From positions 32,001 to 96,000 of IMG/VR virus record IMGVR_UViG_2974518066_000001: a stretch of 64,000 nt of DNA; one strand, 5' to 3'. The DNA is from a virus (Duplodnaviria; Caudoviricetes). The translations under genes and the position numbers were made by a program. The notes under the pieces were generated by a model, which saw nothing but the letters and a program-made list of their open reading frames with translations, was not told the DNA's origin and ran no database searches. This document shows positions 1 to 10,777 of this stretch, piece by piece (within the stretch, counting starts at the first letter, position 1; each line of letters begins with the position of its first letter).

Positions 1-1491
1 CGCCAGAAAGACCCGGCCGTAACCAAGGCGCGCCGCCTCAAGTTCATGGCGTTCGGCGTCACGGACGAGAGCCTACCCGAATATGACAGCGACATCGGAA
101 TCCTCGGCATCCTTTACGTGCAGGGCTTCTCGGTCGTCCCCCACGAGCTGTTGGCACGCGGCAAGACCGGACTGCATCCTCGCCGGATCGAGGCCCTTCG
201 GGCCAGCTATGATTTCGACATCGACGGCATCGTCTTCAAGATCGACAGCCGGGCAGCGCGTCAGGCTTACGGCTTCACCAGCCGGGCGCCGCGCTGGGCG
301 ACCGCATACAAGTTTCCGGCCGAGCGCAAGACCACCCGCCTCAAGGAGATCGTCGTCCAGACAGGCCGCACCGGCGCCCTGACCCCGGTCGGGGTGTTGG
401 AGCCGATCTTCGTGGGCGGTGTGACCGTCAGCTCCGTCACCTTGCACAATGAGGATGAAATCTCGCGCCTCCATCTCGTGCCGGGCGCGACTGTCATCGT
501 GCAGCGGGCAGGGGACGTGATCCCGCAGGTTGTAGGAGTCGATCCCAACGCCCCGGTCGTCAAGGGCATCTACAGCTTCCCGACCACCTGTCCGTCCTGT
601 GGCGGCCCCACCGAGCGCCCGGTAGGGGAGGCGGTTCGCCGCTGCGTCTCTGGCTTCTCCTGCCCGGCGCAGGTGCAGGGCTATCTGGAGCACTTCGTTA
701 GCCGCGACGCGATGAACATCGACGGCCTCGGCCCGAGCCAGATCGAGGACCTGATCAAATATCTTGGGTTGTCAAAAGCAAGCCAGATAATGGAGCTACC
801 CGATCTCTATATCTCCCACTTCGTTCCGGAGGCCGGGCGCGAGTTTGCGGATGCGGAAGTGTGGTTCGCGATGCAGTCTTGGGAAGGCTACGGGAAGTCC
901 TCCGTCGCTAAGCTCATGTCCGCGATCAAGAAGGCGCGCTCTCCCGAACTCGGCCGCTTCATCTATGCGCTGGGCATCCGCAACGTCGGAGAGACGACAG
1001 CGAAGGATATCGCCAAGCACCTCAAGACTGCCTCGGCGTTCTTCGACTGCATCACCTACGAGAATGGTTTCGTAGACGCGGGCGTCGGTGACATCGACGG
1101 TATCGGCCCGGTGGTCATGGCAGCGCTCGACGGACACTTCTCGATCGAGGCCAATTACAAGGAAGCCTTCGCGCTCCGCCGCGTCCTCGACATCCAAGAC
1201 CTCAAGCTGGCATCCGGCCCGGCGATCTTCGAGGGAGAGGTGATCTGCTTCACCGGCAGCATGACGCGCTGGTCTCGCGATCAGGCGATCCTCATTGCCG
1301 AGGACCTTGGCGCCAAGACGACCAACTCGGCGGCGAAGAAGACGACCATCTTGGTGGCTGGCGCGAACGTCGGTGCCAAGAAGATCGAGGCGGCCGAGAA
1401 GTTCGGCTGCAAGGTGCTGGACGAAGCGTGGTTCATTGCCGAGGTCGAGAAGGCCATGGCGGATGGCTACAAGCTGGACGTGATGGACTGA
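1..1491 (+). CDS. ligA: NAD-dependent DNA ligase (5' truncated by window)
   Basis: DIDGIVFK, PRWATAYKFP, QTGRTGALTPV, TLHN, RAGDVIPQ, C4 zinc finger, HhH repeats, C-terminal BRCT (ICFTGSM...GAKK); frame open from base 1. Confidence 0.95.
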   Translation, partial: RQKDPAVTKARRLKFMAFGVTDESLPEYDSDIGILGILYVQGFSVVPHELLARGKTGLHPRRIEALRASYDFDIDGIVFKIDSRAARQAYGFTSRAPRWATAYKFPAERKTTRLKEIVVQTGRTGALTPVGVLEPIFVGGVTVSSVTLHNEDEISRLHLVPGATVIVQRAGDVIPQVVGVDPNAPVVKGIYSFPTTCPSCGGPTERPVGEAVRRCVSGFSCPAQVQGYLEHFVSRDAMNIDGLGPSQIEDLIKYLGLSKASQIMELPDLYISHFVPEAGREFADAEVWFAMQSWEGYGKSSVAKLMSAIKKARSPELGRFIYALGIRNVGETTAKDIAKHLKTASAFFDCITYENGFVDAGVGDIDGIGPVVMAALDGHFSIEANYKEAFALRRVLDIQDLKLASGPAIFEGEVICFTGSMTRWSRDQAILIAEDLGAKTTNSAAKKTTILVAGANVGAKKIEAAEKFGCKVLDEAWFIAEVEKAMADGYKLDVMD

Positions 1492-1636
1492 TGGGCCTGT
1501 GGAGCCTCTTCCAGCGCCGCCCGCGTCCTAAGCCACTCCGGGTGGGCGACAAGCTCCCGGCGAACTCCACCGGCCCTTACGGAGCCTTCATCAAGGTCTG
1601 CCCCTGCTGCGACCGCATAGACGAGATTTTCATTCC

Positions 1637-1903
1637 ATGAACCACGAGATCACCCACCTCCCCAAATTGATGAAGTATCGCGTCGAAGTGATGGCCCGGT
1701 GGCCTACGAAATTTGACACCCTCGCCGGTGTCATTACGTTCCTTATCGATCGCGCGCCGCTGTGGTTCATTCTGGAGGAGTGGAAGGACGACGGATGGCA
1801 GGTGATCATCGATCGCGAGGCCAGTCGATCTTGGAGAAATAGAGACCTCGATCCCGGAGTTGAGGACTCTAAGACCTTCCACCTATCGGACACCTCGGCC
1901 TGA
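1637..1903 (+). CDS. hypothetical phage protein
   Basis: ATGA overlap with upstream small ORF; plausible composition. Confidence 0.5.
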   Translation: MNHEITHLPKLMKYRVEVMARWPTKFDTLAGVITFLIDRAPLWFILEEWKDDGWQVIIDREASRSWRNRDLDPGVEDSKTFHLSDTSA

Positions 1904-2125
1904 TGGGCTGGGCGCTCTCTTCAATCGCTCTGTGCAGCACAGCGCTCCTCTTGTGGGTGTGGCGTGATATCATGACGATCAAATGGGCCAGTTCGACACC
2001 ATCGCAAAATGACGACGCGACCGTGATGTTCATGGCCGCTTCGACATGTGTGATCTAGATCACGGAGACCTCCGCTGACCGCTGCTACGACGCCACAGCG
2101 ACCCTACATCGATCCGGCTCCTGCC

Positions 2126-2344
2126 ATGAAGAGATCATGGCTGGAGCCGGATTGGGATGACGACGATTACGATGAACTGGACGACGATCTGAGCCCGCTG
2201 GGCGTCTTCTTCGATCGAGGGTTCGTCCCCGTCCTTGTTGCAGCCGCAACAGCAATAGCCGCCCTCGTCGCAAGCGGGGCGGTTTATCTTATTCTGCGTG
2301 TCTGGGTCGAAATCGTCGATCTGGCGCGGCAGCTAGGCGCATGA
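2126..2344 (+). CDS. small membrane protein
   Basis: acidic N-terminus and one hydrophobic helix. Confidence 0.5.
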   Translation: MKRSWLEPDWDDDDYDELDDDLSPLGVFFDRGFVPVLVAAATAIAALVASGAVYLILRVWVEIVDLARQLGA

Positions 2345-2408
2345 AAAAACGCCCGGCACGTCGATGCGTGCCGGGTCGGCGACCTTAGCTCTAGACAGCT
2401 TTGAGCGA

Positions 2409-3089
2409 TTAGCTCTGGCGCACCGACCCGACGATGGCTCCGACGAAATCGAGTTCGGCGGGATCGATGGTGAACGACTGTCCCTTCGCTCCGGTGAAGG
2501 TCATCTCCGCACGGCGAGTCAGATTGGGCTCGCAGCGAACCACTTCGAGAGCCGTCTGCGTCTTGAGCAGATACATGTCGTGCTCAGGCACCGGGCCGGT
2601 GATCTTGGTATTGACGATCAGTCGATCGCCGCTGCGGTAGTTGAAGCCGGGCGCATCCTGCTGCAGCACGAACAGCTTCGCACCGCGCTTATCGACGCCG
2701 AAGCTGTCCATCATCTTCTTGGGAAAAGCGAAACCACCGCTGGTATATTCGCCGTCGCGGCCGAACGTGATCTCAGGCACGGTGACGACTTCTTCCGCCG
2801 CATTGGCGATGCCCTCGATACCGTGTCTGCCGAAGGCGAGAAATTCCGGGCTGACGTTCAGCACGTCGGCCAGCTTCTCGACGATCGTCACCGGCGGGTC
2901 GATGTTGTTCTGTTCATACTGAACGATGGTCGCACGCGACTTTTCGGCCAGACCGGCAAGGGTCTTCTGCGTCATATTCTGACGAAGGCGCGCCCACGCT
3001 ATCCGGCCGCCCATGGACTGTAGGTCCACGTTTTCCGACACTCCCGGAATGTCGATGCGGCGAGGCGTGGTAGTCTCCTGTTTGCTCAT
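2409..3089 (-). CDS. XRE-family HTH / S24-like phage repressor
   Basis: HTH (RIAWARLRQNMTQKTLAGLAEKSRATIVQYEQ...PEFLAFG) plus S24-like C-terminal domain; RBS AAGGGAG before MSKQ start. Confidence 0.8.
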   Translation of the reverse strand: MSKQETTTPRRIDIPGVSENVDLQSMGGRIAWARLRQNMTQKTLAGLAEKSRATIVQYEQNNIDPPVTIVEKLADVLNVSPEFLAFGRHGIEGIANAAEEVVTVPEITFGRDGEYTSGGFAFPKKMMDSFGVDKRGAKLFVLQQDAPGFNYRSGDRLIVNTKITGPVPEHDMYLLKTQTALEVVRCEPNLTRRAEMTFTGAKGQSFTIDPAELDFVGAIVGSVRQS

Positions 3090-3249
3090 CAAAATCTCCC
3101 TTTCAAATATTTCATCAAACAAAATCGATCAGAGGCGAGTTCCAATCTCGCCCTAATGGATCACTCAGACCTGACTTTATGTCAAGCCAAAATAACAAAA
3201 GGCCCTTGTTTCCAAGGGCCTTCCGTTAGTATAGCTGTCCCTAAATGGA

Positions 3250-4650
3250 TCAGTGGATAGTCGCGGCTGACAGCCCTATTCCCAGCAAATCCAAGCGATT
3301 CTTGGCTTCCGACCAGCCGCCGATGCGTTCGCCGGAAGGATTCGTTTCGGTATATATTTCATTCGTGATGTAAAGCTGCGGGACCGTGTTCGTTCCAGTG
3401 TTCTCGTAGAACATTCCACGAACGGTGTCGTCGGTCAAGTCAATCTCGGTGAAATCGATTCGCCGCACAGCCAGTTCGTGCTTCAACACGAAGCAGAACG
3501 GACAGCCATCCTTGGTATAAACGACCGCCTTGAAGTCCTGACCTTCGATCGGCGCCACAACAGGACCGCTATTCAGGAAGTCGAAGGCCTTGTCCCAATT
3601 TTCGATACCACCCTTCGAGTATTCGGTCGAGCGACCCTCGAAGAAATTGGTATGGGTCTGGGCGGTGATCAGCGGCGCGATCCAGTCGAACGGGTTTTCG
3701 ACATTGTAGTTCGGCTTGAGGCCTAGCTGGAGCAGGCGGCGATCGGCGATGTTGCGGATATACTGCTTGGTCTCGTCGGCCGTGATGCCGGGAATTACGC
3801 CCATCGCAAAGCACAGGTCGATGAAAAGGTCTTCCAGCTTCACCATGTCACGGCAGGTCTGATAGATGGCCTGCTTGAGTTCGTCAGTCCAGAGCTTTGG
3901 ATTTTCCTGAATCAGCGTCCGGAAAATCTTGGTCATCGCCTCGACGTGCAAGGTCTCGTCGCGGATCGACCACTCGACGATCGTGGACATGCCTTTCATC
4001 AGGTTCCGGTTCTTGAACGACAACAGGATCGCGAACGACGAGAAAAGCTGCACGCCTTCACCGAACGCCGAGAAGACGCCGAGATCGAGTGCCAGACGCT
4101 CCTTCTTGGTCCACTTGCGACCGGACGGACTCGTGTCGCGCGAAGCGAACAGATATTCGTGCTTCTCCCGCATCTCGGCATATTCGGCAAACTGCTGGTA
4201 GATCGCCTCGGGCATACCTAGCTGGTCGATCAGCGACGAATAGCTGTCGATGTGGTTGGCTTCCGAGGCGATGATCGCGCCGAACAGCATCCGGAACTCG
4301 GGCAGCTTGAACTCGGGCGAATAGCGCTCGTAATAGCCATCGGCGATGCCGACATCGGCCTGCGTGAAGAAGCGGAAGAGCTGGGTGAGAAGCGCCCGCT
4401 CATGGTCGCTCAGCTTCTCGATCCAGTCGCGCAGGTCTTCCTGCAACGGGACTTCGGACGGGAGCCAGTGCAGGTCCTGCATCCGCTTGTAATAGAGGTA
4501 GGCCCATTCATATTCAAAAGGCTTGTAGAAGTTTCGCTTACCGAGAAGTGACAAAGGATGTGTCCTTATATTGTCTGATTTGTTTAAGAATGCTGCGGCA
4601 AAGTTCTGCAGCTTCGATCTGTTCTTAGAGCCGTCTGTCGTATTCACCAT
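3250..4650 (-). CDS. nrdB: class I ribonucleotide reductase beta subunit with C-terminal glutaredoxin domain (true start may be TTG near 4554)
   Basis: HWLPSEV, FFTQAD, EANHIDSY, EGVQLFSSF, IRDETLH, NFFEGRSTEY; then YTKDGCPFC...TVPQLYI. Confidence 0.92.
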   Translation of the reverse strand: MVNTTDGSKNRSKLQNFAAAFLNKSDNIRTHPLSLLGKRNFYKPFEYEWAYLYYKRMQDLHWLPSEVPLQEDLRDWIEKLSDHERALLTQLFRFFTQADVGIADGYYERYSPEFKLPEFRMLFGAIIASEANHIDSYSSLIDQLGMPEAIYQQFAEYAEMREKHEYLFASRDTSPSGRKWTKKERLALDLGVFSAFGEGVQLFSSFAILLSFKNRNLMKGMSTIVEWSIRDETLHVEAMTKIFRTLIQENPKLWTDELKQAIYQTCRDMVKLEDLFIDLCFAMGVIPGITADETKQYIRNIADRRLLQLGLKPNYNVENPFDWIAPLITAQTHTNFFEGRSTEYSKGGIENWDKAFDFLNSGPVVAPIEGQDFKAVVYTKDGCPFCFVLKHELAVRRIDFTEIDLTDDTVRGMFYENTGTNTVPQLYITNEIYTETNPSGERIGGWSEAKNRLDLLGIGLSAATIH

Positions 4651-5044
4651 TCAAGTGATTCCAACGTTTCCAGCCTTTGGTGTAGTTGTTATAGCGGTCG
4701 TAATAATCGACGACAGTTTGCAACTCTGAACGCTTCCCAAAGGTGTTAGGAATAAGAAGTCTGGCGACTTCGATGGCCTTCGCATTGGAGAGTTGAACTC
4801 CAAAGGAATCACGATTTCTGGAGACGCCCAAAGAGTTGGATGATCCGGCTACGTCGTGTTTCTGAACCGGGCTGTTAAGAAGCGAGCCTACTGCCTCCAT
4901 TAAGCCCCGATCTGCTTGAAACAGAGCAACTATTGGCGTGTAATTAGGAACGCCCCGGCGGACTCTTCGAGACAGGCTCACACTCCCGTCTGCATCAAAG
5001 AATCCGCCGAGCCATTCTATCGAGGGAAGCTCTAACCCTCGCAC
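4625..5044 (-). mobile_element. free-standing LAGLIDADG homing endonuclease between nrdA and nrdB
   Basis: WLGGFFDADGSV motif; lower GC than flanks; overlaps the nrdA stop. Confidence 0.8.
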
Positions 5045-6810
5045 GCCAGACAGGCTTCCGGCTCGGGGGCCGTGTCATTGTCCGCGACGAGATGGATTCG
5101 CTCGACCTTGGCGTTCACATCCTCACCCTTCTGGGTGGTCTGGGTCCGCAGGTAATAGAGCGACTTGATGCCCAGCTCCCACGCACGGAAGTGCAGCTCC
5201 ATCAGGTAACCAGCATCGACGAAGGCCGGGATGAACAGATTCAGCGACTGAGCCTGATCGATCTTCGGCGTGCGATCGGCGAAGAACTGGAGCGTGTGAC
5301 GCTGATCCGTCTCAAACGCGGTCAGGAAGACGCGGCGCTCGTGATCCGTCAGCTCCTCGGTCAGGTGCTGCACCGATCCCGTCGCGATGATGCTGTCCCA
5401 GATCGCGGTCGTGTCGAGGCCCTTCTTCGCGAGCAGGCGCTGGAGTGAAGGGTTCTTCACATTGTGCGAACCGGTCAGCGTCTTGTGGACGAAGAAATTG
5501 GCGGGCCACTGTTCGGTCGCCGGAGAGATGTTGAGGAAGATCGACGAGGAGGCGTTGGGAGCCAGCGCCAGCTTGTGAGCGAAGCGCTCGCCGGTGCCTG
5601 CCATGTCCGGAGCTTCGCCACGCTCGGCGCCCAGCTTCAACGAGGCCGCGTCCGCCTGCTTGCGGATGTGGTTGAAGATCATCAGGTTCCAGCCACGCGC
5701 CACGTCGCTGTCCCACGGCATCATGCGATCCTGCAGGAAGGTGTGCCAACCCATCGCGCCGAGGCCGACCGACCGCTCGCTCTTGGCGGAATTGACGGCG
5801 CGCCACAGCTCGGGCGGCGCGTTCTGGATGAAGTCTTCCAGAGCGTTGTCGAGCATCCGCATCAGGTCTTCGATGAAGAGCGGATCGTCCTTCCATTCAT
5901 CCCACGCCGCGACGTTGATCGACGACAGGCAGCACACGGCGGTGCGATCTTCGGAGGTCGGCAGGGTGATCTCGGTGCAGAGGTTCGAGTGGTGAACCTT
6001 GAGGCCCTTGTCCTTGAGCGGCTGGGGCAGGGCCTTATTGATGGTGTCGATGAACACCATGTAGGGCTCGCCGGTCTGCTTGCGGACCTCGACCATCTTG
6101 CGGAAGAGCGTCCGGGCGTGGACCTCCTTGGTGACCTGCTTGGTCTTGGGATCGACCAGCGGGAACATGGCATCGTCGCGGACGGCGGCCATGAAGTCGT
6201 CGGTCAGGTTGACGGCGTTGTGGAGGTTGAGCGCCTTGCGGTTAGCGTCGCCGCCCGAGGGCTTGCGCATCTCCAGCCATTCCTCGATCTCGGGATGCGA
6301 GACATCGAGATAGGCGGCGTAGGAACCACGGCGCGTCTTGCCCTGCGAGAAGGCCAGAATCCAGCGATCCATCGGGACGGTGAATGCGAGGGCGCCCGAG
6401 GTAGCCGACCCCTTGGAGGTGCTGGTGCCGAGCGAGCGCAGGTCTCCGATATAGGCGCCGACGCCGCCGCCGACCGAGGACAGCATCGCCGTCTCTTCAT
6501 AATGGTCGATGATGCCGCGACGGCTGTCGGGCATATAGTTCAGGAAGCAGGAGATTGGCAGACCGCGACCGGTCCCGCCATTGGAGAGGAGAGGGGTGGC
6601 GAACATGAACCACCCACGGCTGACATATTGGTAGAGGCGGTTGCCGTGCTCGGCATCATCGGCGAAAGCGGCGCAGGCGCGGCCGAAAGCATGTTGCGGG
6701 GAGGTTTCGCCGGGGACCATATAGCGGTCCTGCAGGGTCTCAAGGGCGTGACGGGTCAAACGTCCATCACGCCCGAGATCGATATTGATCTCGTTCGGGT
6801 TGATTGCCAT
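5032..6810 (-). CDS. nrdA: ribonucleotide reductase alpha subunit (no ATP cone)
   Basis: ATPLLSN, PISCF, SNLCTEI, AVCCLSS, LAPNASSS, KSLYY, C-terminal CLACEG. Confidence 0.95.
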   Translation of the reverse strand: MAINPNEINIDLGRDGRLTRHALETLQDRYMVPGETSPQHAFGRACAAFADDAEHGNRLYQYVSRGWFMFATPLLSNGGTGRGLPISCFLNYMPDSRRGIIDHYEETAMLSSVGGGVGAYIGDLRSLGTSTSKGSATSGALAFTVPMDRWILAFSQGKTRRGSYAAYLDVSHPEIEEWLEMRKPSGGDANRKALNLHNAVNLTDDFMAAVRDDAMFPLVDPKTKQVTKEVHARTLFRKMVEVRKQTGEPYMVFIDTINKALPQPLKDKGLKVHHSNLCTEITLPTSEDRTAVCCLSSINVAAWDEWKDDPLFIEDLMRMLDNALEDFIQNAPPELWRAVNSAKSERSVGLGAMGWHTFLQDRMMPWDSDVARGWNLMIFNHIRKQADAASLKLGAERGEAPDMAGTGERFAHKLALAPNASSSIFLNISPATEQWPANFFVHKTLTGSHNVKNPSLQRLLAKKGLDTTAIWDSIIATGSVQHLTEELTDHERRVFLTAFETDQRHTLQFFADRTPKIDQAQSLNLFIPAFVDAGYLMELHFRAWELGIKSLYYLRTQTTQKGEDVNAKVERIHLVADNDTAPEPEACLACEG

Positions 6811-7968
6811 AAATGTGGGGAGGTCCGAGGGGGTTAGGGGTTGTAACGCAAAAGGGTGACGATGTTACTTTAACTAACGTCAGAAGGCAAGGAAACTAAT
6901 TCGTCTCCTTGCAAATTTGCCGCTTGACTCAGCGAATGGAGGGCTTGTTTTCAAGAGGCTCGTCGCCCTTGCGGACGCCATAAGGATCGGCAATCGCCAA
7001 GACCTCGAACGCGACATGTGTCTGGCCGATCATCATGTCATAGTGCATGTGGGCGTTTTCGAGATAGCGGTCCATCACGCCGAAGTTCATCGTCGGCGCA
7101 GCAAGCGACTGGAACAAGGTATCCATCATGTGATGGAAAGCGTTCATGGTGGAATAGCCGTCAAAATGCGTGGTGCCGTTGACTTGCACCTTCACCTTGA
7201 AGCGGCAATATACGTCATTTGCCATTGGGGAACTCCCACTCGTCGCACACATAGCTGGTGCTGTCAGGCACCCACTGCGGGATCATGGTTGTGGTCTTAC
7301 CGCCGTCGAACGAGAGATATTGCATATACATGTAGCCGGGGTGGAATTGCTCGTGCCCGGCAAGGCAGGCTCCGCGATCGACATCTAGCCACATGAACAG
7401 CGAGACCAGAGCGACGATTGCGGCAGTGATGCCGCCGATCCAGAGGACCGCTCTCACGACCGGAGCTTCCGGCCAGTGATGGTCTCGGCGACGGCCATGA
7501 AGAAGTCGCCGATATGAAAAAAGACCGCTCCAAGACAAAGCTCGAAGTCAGTCTGCGAATTGGTGTTTGTCATGATGTCCTTTCGGCCGTGATGGGTCAG
7601 TTAAAATAACCCATCACGGCAAATAAAAAGGTCAGTTGATCCGAGCGATCTTCATCCCTGCGTTGCACTCGAACATCGCTGCGACTTCATCGACATCACC
7701 GTTAACGGTGAGCTGATCAGGGCCGCTTGCTCGGAGGATCACTATCTTGGTTTGCGTGTCGCCCTCGGGCACGATCGAATAGATGTCGGCAGGGCGGACG
7801 TAGATACCGCCGAGTTCGATCGTATCGATGCGGAGGAGGTCAAAGTCGGCCATCAAATCCACCCCAGATAGCGGAGACAGACGGCGACGATCAGGCACGG
7901 GATGGCCAGAGCGGCGACGGCCTGAAAGATGATGCCAAGACAGCCCAGCGATGCGATGAGGGCGCGCA

Positions 7969-8586
7969 TCAGTGAACGCTCTCCGTCTTGTCGGCGCGGA
8001 GCTGGGCGGCGCTGTCCGAATAACGCAGCTCCTTGTAGCGCTGGCCGAGCTTCCAGACATTCTTGCCCAGCGTCTCGTCGCGGCTGACGCCGTGGACGCT
8101 GCGGATCGATTCCAGAACCGCTTCGAGATAGCACAGGGCTGCGAGCAGTGCGCTGCGATCGAGCGGCTTGTTGTAGATGACCCACTTCTTGGTCACGTCG
8201 AACACGTCGGCGGCGGCCTTGGGCAGGTCGGTGAAATCGGCCATGGCGATATCGATCTTCGAGGCCATGGTCTCATAATAATAGATGCCGGTGGCCGCCC
8301 GCAGGCCCTGCACGTAGAACTCGATATCGCCGAGTTCTTCGATCAGGTTGTCGCGATCGAAGGCGAAACCCTGAGCATGGGCGTTCAGCGGCTCGAACAG
8401 CTCACCGGCTTCGCCGGGAATGCACGAGGCCATGTGCCATGCGTCAGCCTTCTCGGCCGTCAGCGACGCGAGGATCGCATCGCCGGGCTTCGCAAGGAAG
8501 GTGACCAGATCGGGGTGAGTGATCTGGCCGCCATCGGGGAGCGCATACGCCTTGGGAACGTAAGAGCTGGTGATGTTGCAATGCAA
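7969..8586 (-). CDS. MazG-like nucleotide pyrophosphohydrolase (tandem domain)
   Basis: GEAGELFE...EELGDIEFY and KLGQRY motifs; TTG start after AAGGA. Confidence 0.7.
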   Translation of the reverse strand: MHCNITSSYVPKAYALPDGGQITHPDLVTFLAKPGDAILASLTAEKADAWHMASCIPGEAGELFEPLNAHAQGFAFDRDNLIEELGDIEFYVQGLRAATGIYYYETMASKIDIAMADFTDLPKAAADVFDVTKKWVIYNKPLDRSALLAALCYLEAVLESIRSVHGVSRDETLGKNVWKLGQRYKELRYSDSAAQLRADKTESVH

Positions 8587-8599
8587 AAGGCAGGTCCTT

Positions 8600-8869
8600 T
8601 TAGTTGGAGGAAACGGCGCCGCCCTGCTGGGCGATGACATCGGCGTTGGCGATCGAGCGCTCGGGGTTCGCAGCGACCAGCGCCTCGGCATATTTCAGGA
8701 CCGAGTCCCGGAACTCCGGGGTGTGGATCATCTGGTAGATGTAGTGACCGGTAAAGTGAGCGGCGGTCGCCTGACCGTCGTCGATCTTGTGGTCTTTGAC
8801 ATCCAGAGCGGCCTGATAGCTGCCGGAATCAAGGTCGATGTCGGTGAGGGTGATGGTGACGATGGCCAT
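8600..8869 (-). CDS. hypothetical protein
   Basis: AGGAG RBS; phage-like codon usage. Confidence 0.6.
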   Translation of the reverse strand: MAIVTITLTDIDLDSGSYQAALDVKDHKIDDGQATAAHFTGHYIYQMIHTPEFRDSVLKYAEALVAANPERSIANADVIAQQGGAVSSN

Positions 8870-8960
8870 GGAAAATTGCTCCTGTTCTCAAAATTCTATG
8901 AATTTGTTCTCGGTTCGTTCTCGTCGGAAATGACTCCCCATTTCCAACATTGCAAGCGGA

Positions 8961-9899
8961 TTAAGCCGCGAGCGGAAGATCGTCGAAGCGCTGCAGGTTC
9001 TCGCCGGGCAGGAACTTGCGGTTCTGGTTCCAGCCTCGCAAATTCCCATGCAGTTGCGGGTTCATCCAGCGCTTGCCCTTGGTCAGATAGCTGTCCGGGG
9101 TGGCCTGATGCTCGACCGGCGAAGCGTGGATCGGCGCGGCGCCGACCAGCTTGTTGTAGAGCATGATATCCTTCACGATGTCGGTCGCTTCGCCGCTGTG
9201 GGTGCGATAGCTGGTGCGGGCACACCGGGCGGCCGAGACCTTCTTCTTGACCTCGATCACCGGCGCACCGGCGTTGGTGATGAGGCCCAGCGAACGCAGC
9301 TCGTCCATCGAAGCCGTCCGCAGATAATGCGCGATGCGATCTTCGTCTTCTGGCAGAATGTAGGGGAGGTGCCAATCGCCCAGACCCAGAAGGGTCGGCG
9401 TCGATGCTTCGCGGGCAGCGATGATGGCCTTGGCCAGTGCCTGCATCGACGGGTCAGCGTCAGGGTGGTCGCGCAGACCGTAGAAATTGTCCCAATCGGT
9501 CCCGGTGACGACGACCCGCATATGCTTGAAGGGCTCGACGACGCGGTTGATGTGCTGCTTGTGAGCCTTGAGGCGGTCCATGCGCTCGGCATGGCGGATC
9601 GCATCTTCCATGGCTTCGAGCCAGATACCGACCAGCTCGGCTTCGACTTCGGCGGTCGCCTTGGTCCAGCCCTGCATACCGGCTTCGTTCATGCGCCACT
9701 CGGCGGGCATGGCCGGGTTGGCGCGGATCGCGGCGATCATGCGCTGGACGGGGATGGCACGGCTGGAGGAGGCGTTACGCGAGAAGACGCGGTGCGTCAT
9801 GAACTCGCCGTGGATGAAGAAGGGATAGACCAGCTCCATGCTGGTCAGGCGAGGGGCGTCCACACCGATGCTGTCGGTGAGGATATTGGCAGTGAACAA
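8961..9899 (-). CDS. thyX: flavin-dependent thymidylate synthase
   Basis: EFMTHRVFSRNASSSRAIP, SAARCARTSY, HASPVEHQA. Confidence 0.9.
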   Translation of the reverse strand: MFTANILTDSIGVDAPRLTSMELVYPFFIHGEFMTHRVFSRNASSSRAIPVQRMIAAIRANPAMPAEWRMNEAGMQGWTKATAEVEAELVGIWLEAMEDAIRHAERMDRLKAHKQHINRVVEPFKHMRVVVTGTDWDNFYGLRDHPDADPSMQALAKAIIAAREASTPTLLGLGDWHLPYILPEDEDRIAHYLRTASMDELRSLGLITNAGAPVIEVKKKVSAARCARTSYRTHSGEATDIVKDIMLYNKLVGAAPIHASPVEHQATPDSYLTKGKRWMNPQLHGNLRGWNQNRKFLPGENLQRFDDLPLAA

Positions 9900-9916
9900 A
9901 ACGTCAGTCCCTTTCG

Positions 9917-10507
9917 TCAGTGTTTCGTGACGCGCTGCAGGAAGTCTTCCTGAAACGCGGCGATAACCTGCGCCACGTCCTCGCCCGGCTGGGCGGAACG
10001 ATTCAAAATCTTCTGGTGGGGAGGAAGGGCGGCAATGATGTCGTCGATCAAACGTTCAGATTCATGCTCACCCTCGACAGGCTTGTTCCATTCCGCTTCG
10101 ATACCGAAAGGAACGCCGCCCGCTTCTTCAACCGCTTCCACCTCGTTGGGGAAGCGCACATCCGTGATGACAGCCTTCTTGTCGGCGGCACGAACCATCG
10201 TGACACCGACCCAGAAGTCTTCACCCATCAGGTCGCGACCCCACTCTGTCCCGAGCGTCTGCATGGCGTATCGCGGAGATCGCCCTGCAAGGTAGATCGA
10301 CGGCTCCTCCTTGAGGTCGCCTTCGATCATCCGCTCAATGATCTCGGCATCTACGCCCTGATAGGCGAGAAGAAACCGGATCATTCCCTTGAGGGCACCG
10401 GCGAACTTAACGTTCTCGTAGCCCCCATTCAGCAGCACCGATGCTGCTGTATCCTTACCGCTGCCGCGTCGGCCGATCAGGCCGATGAGTGTTGGTGTAG
10501 ATGACAT
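9917..10507 (-). CDS. deoxynucleoside monophosphate kinase
   Basis: GRRGSGKDT, PRYAMQTLGTEWGR, ITDVRFPNE, HESE. Confidence 0.9.
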   Translation of the reverse strand: MSSTPTLIGLIGRRGSGKDTAASVLLNGGYENVKFAGALKGMIRFLLAYQGVDAEIIERMIEGDLKEEPSIYLAGRSPRYAMQTLGTEWGRDLMGEDFWVGVTMVRAADKKAVITDVRFPNEVEAVEEAGGVPFGIEAEWNKPVEGEHESERLIDDIIAALPPHQKILNRSAQPGEDVAQVIAAFQEDFLQRVTKH

Positions 10508-10777
10508 TGTGTTTAGTCCTACTGTCCTGAGTCGCACAAGTGCCTTTGACGAAATGTGCGATATTTGCGACGAACCGATGGAACCTCATTAACAGGTTAG
10601 TCGGACTAACCTGTCCGACAGCTTCGGTTTCGAGATGAAACCCAAGATGAGAGGCCCGCATTTTTAAGCCATATCAATGGCTTGTCGGGGTTGTGGGTGT
10701 ATTTCTCGTGTCAGTCAGTCAGGCGAAAATATGGTTAATACGTATTATCCACGCGGACATGAACCTGACACAATATT

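Noticed and set aside
4560-5044. Intron splitting nrdA or nrdB
   Set aside because: Both subunits look intact; the endonuclease is free-standing between them.
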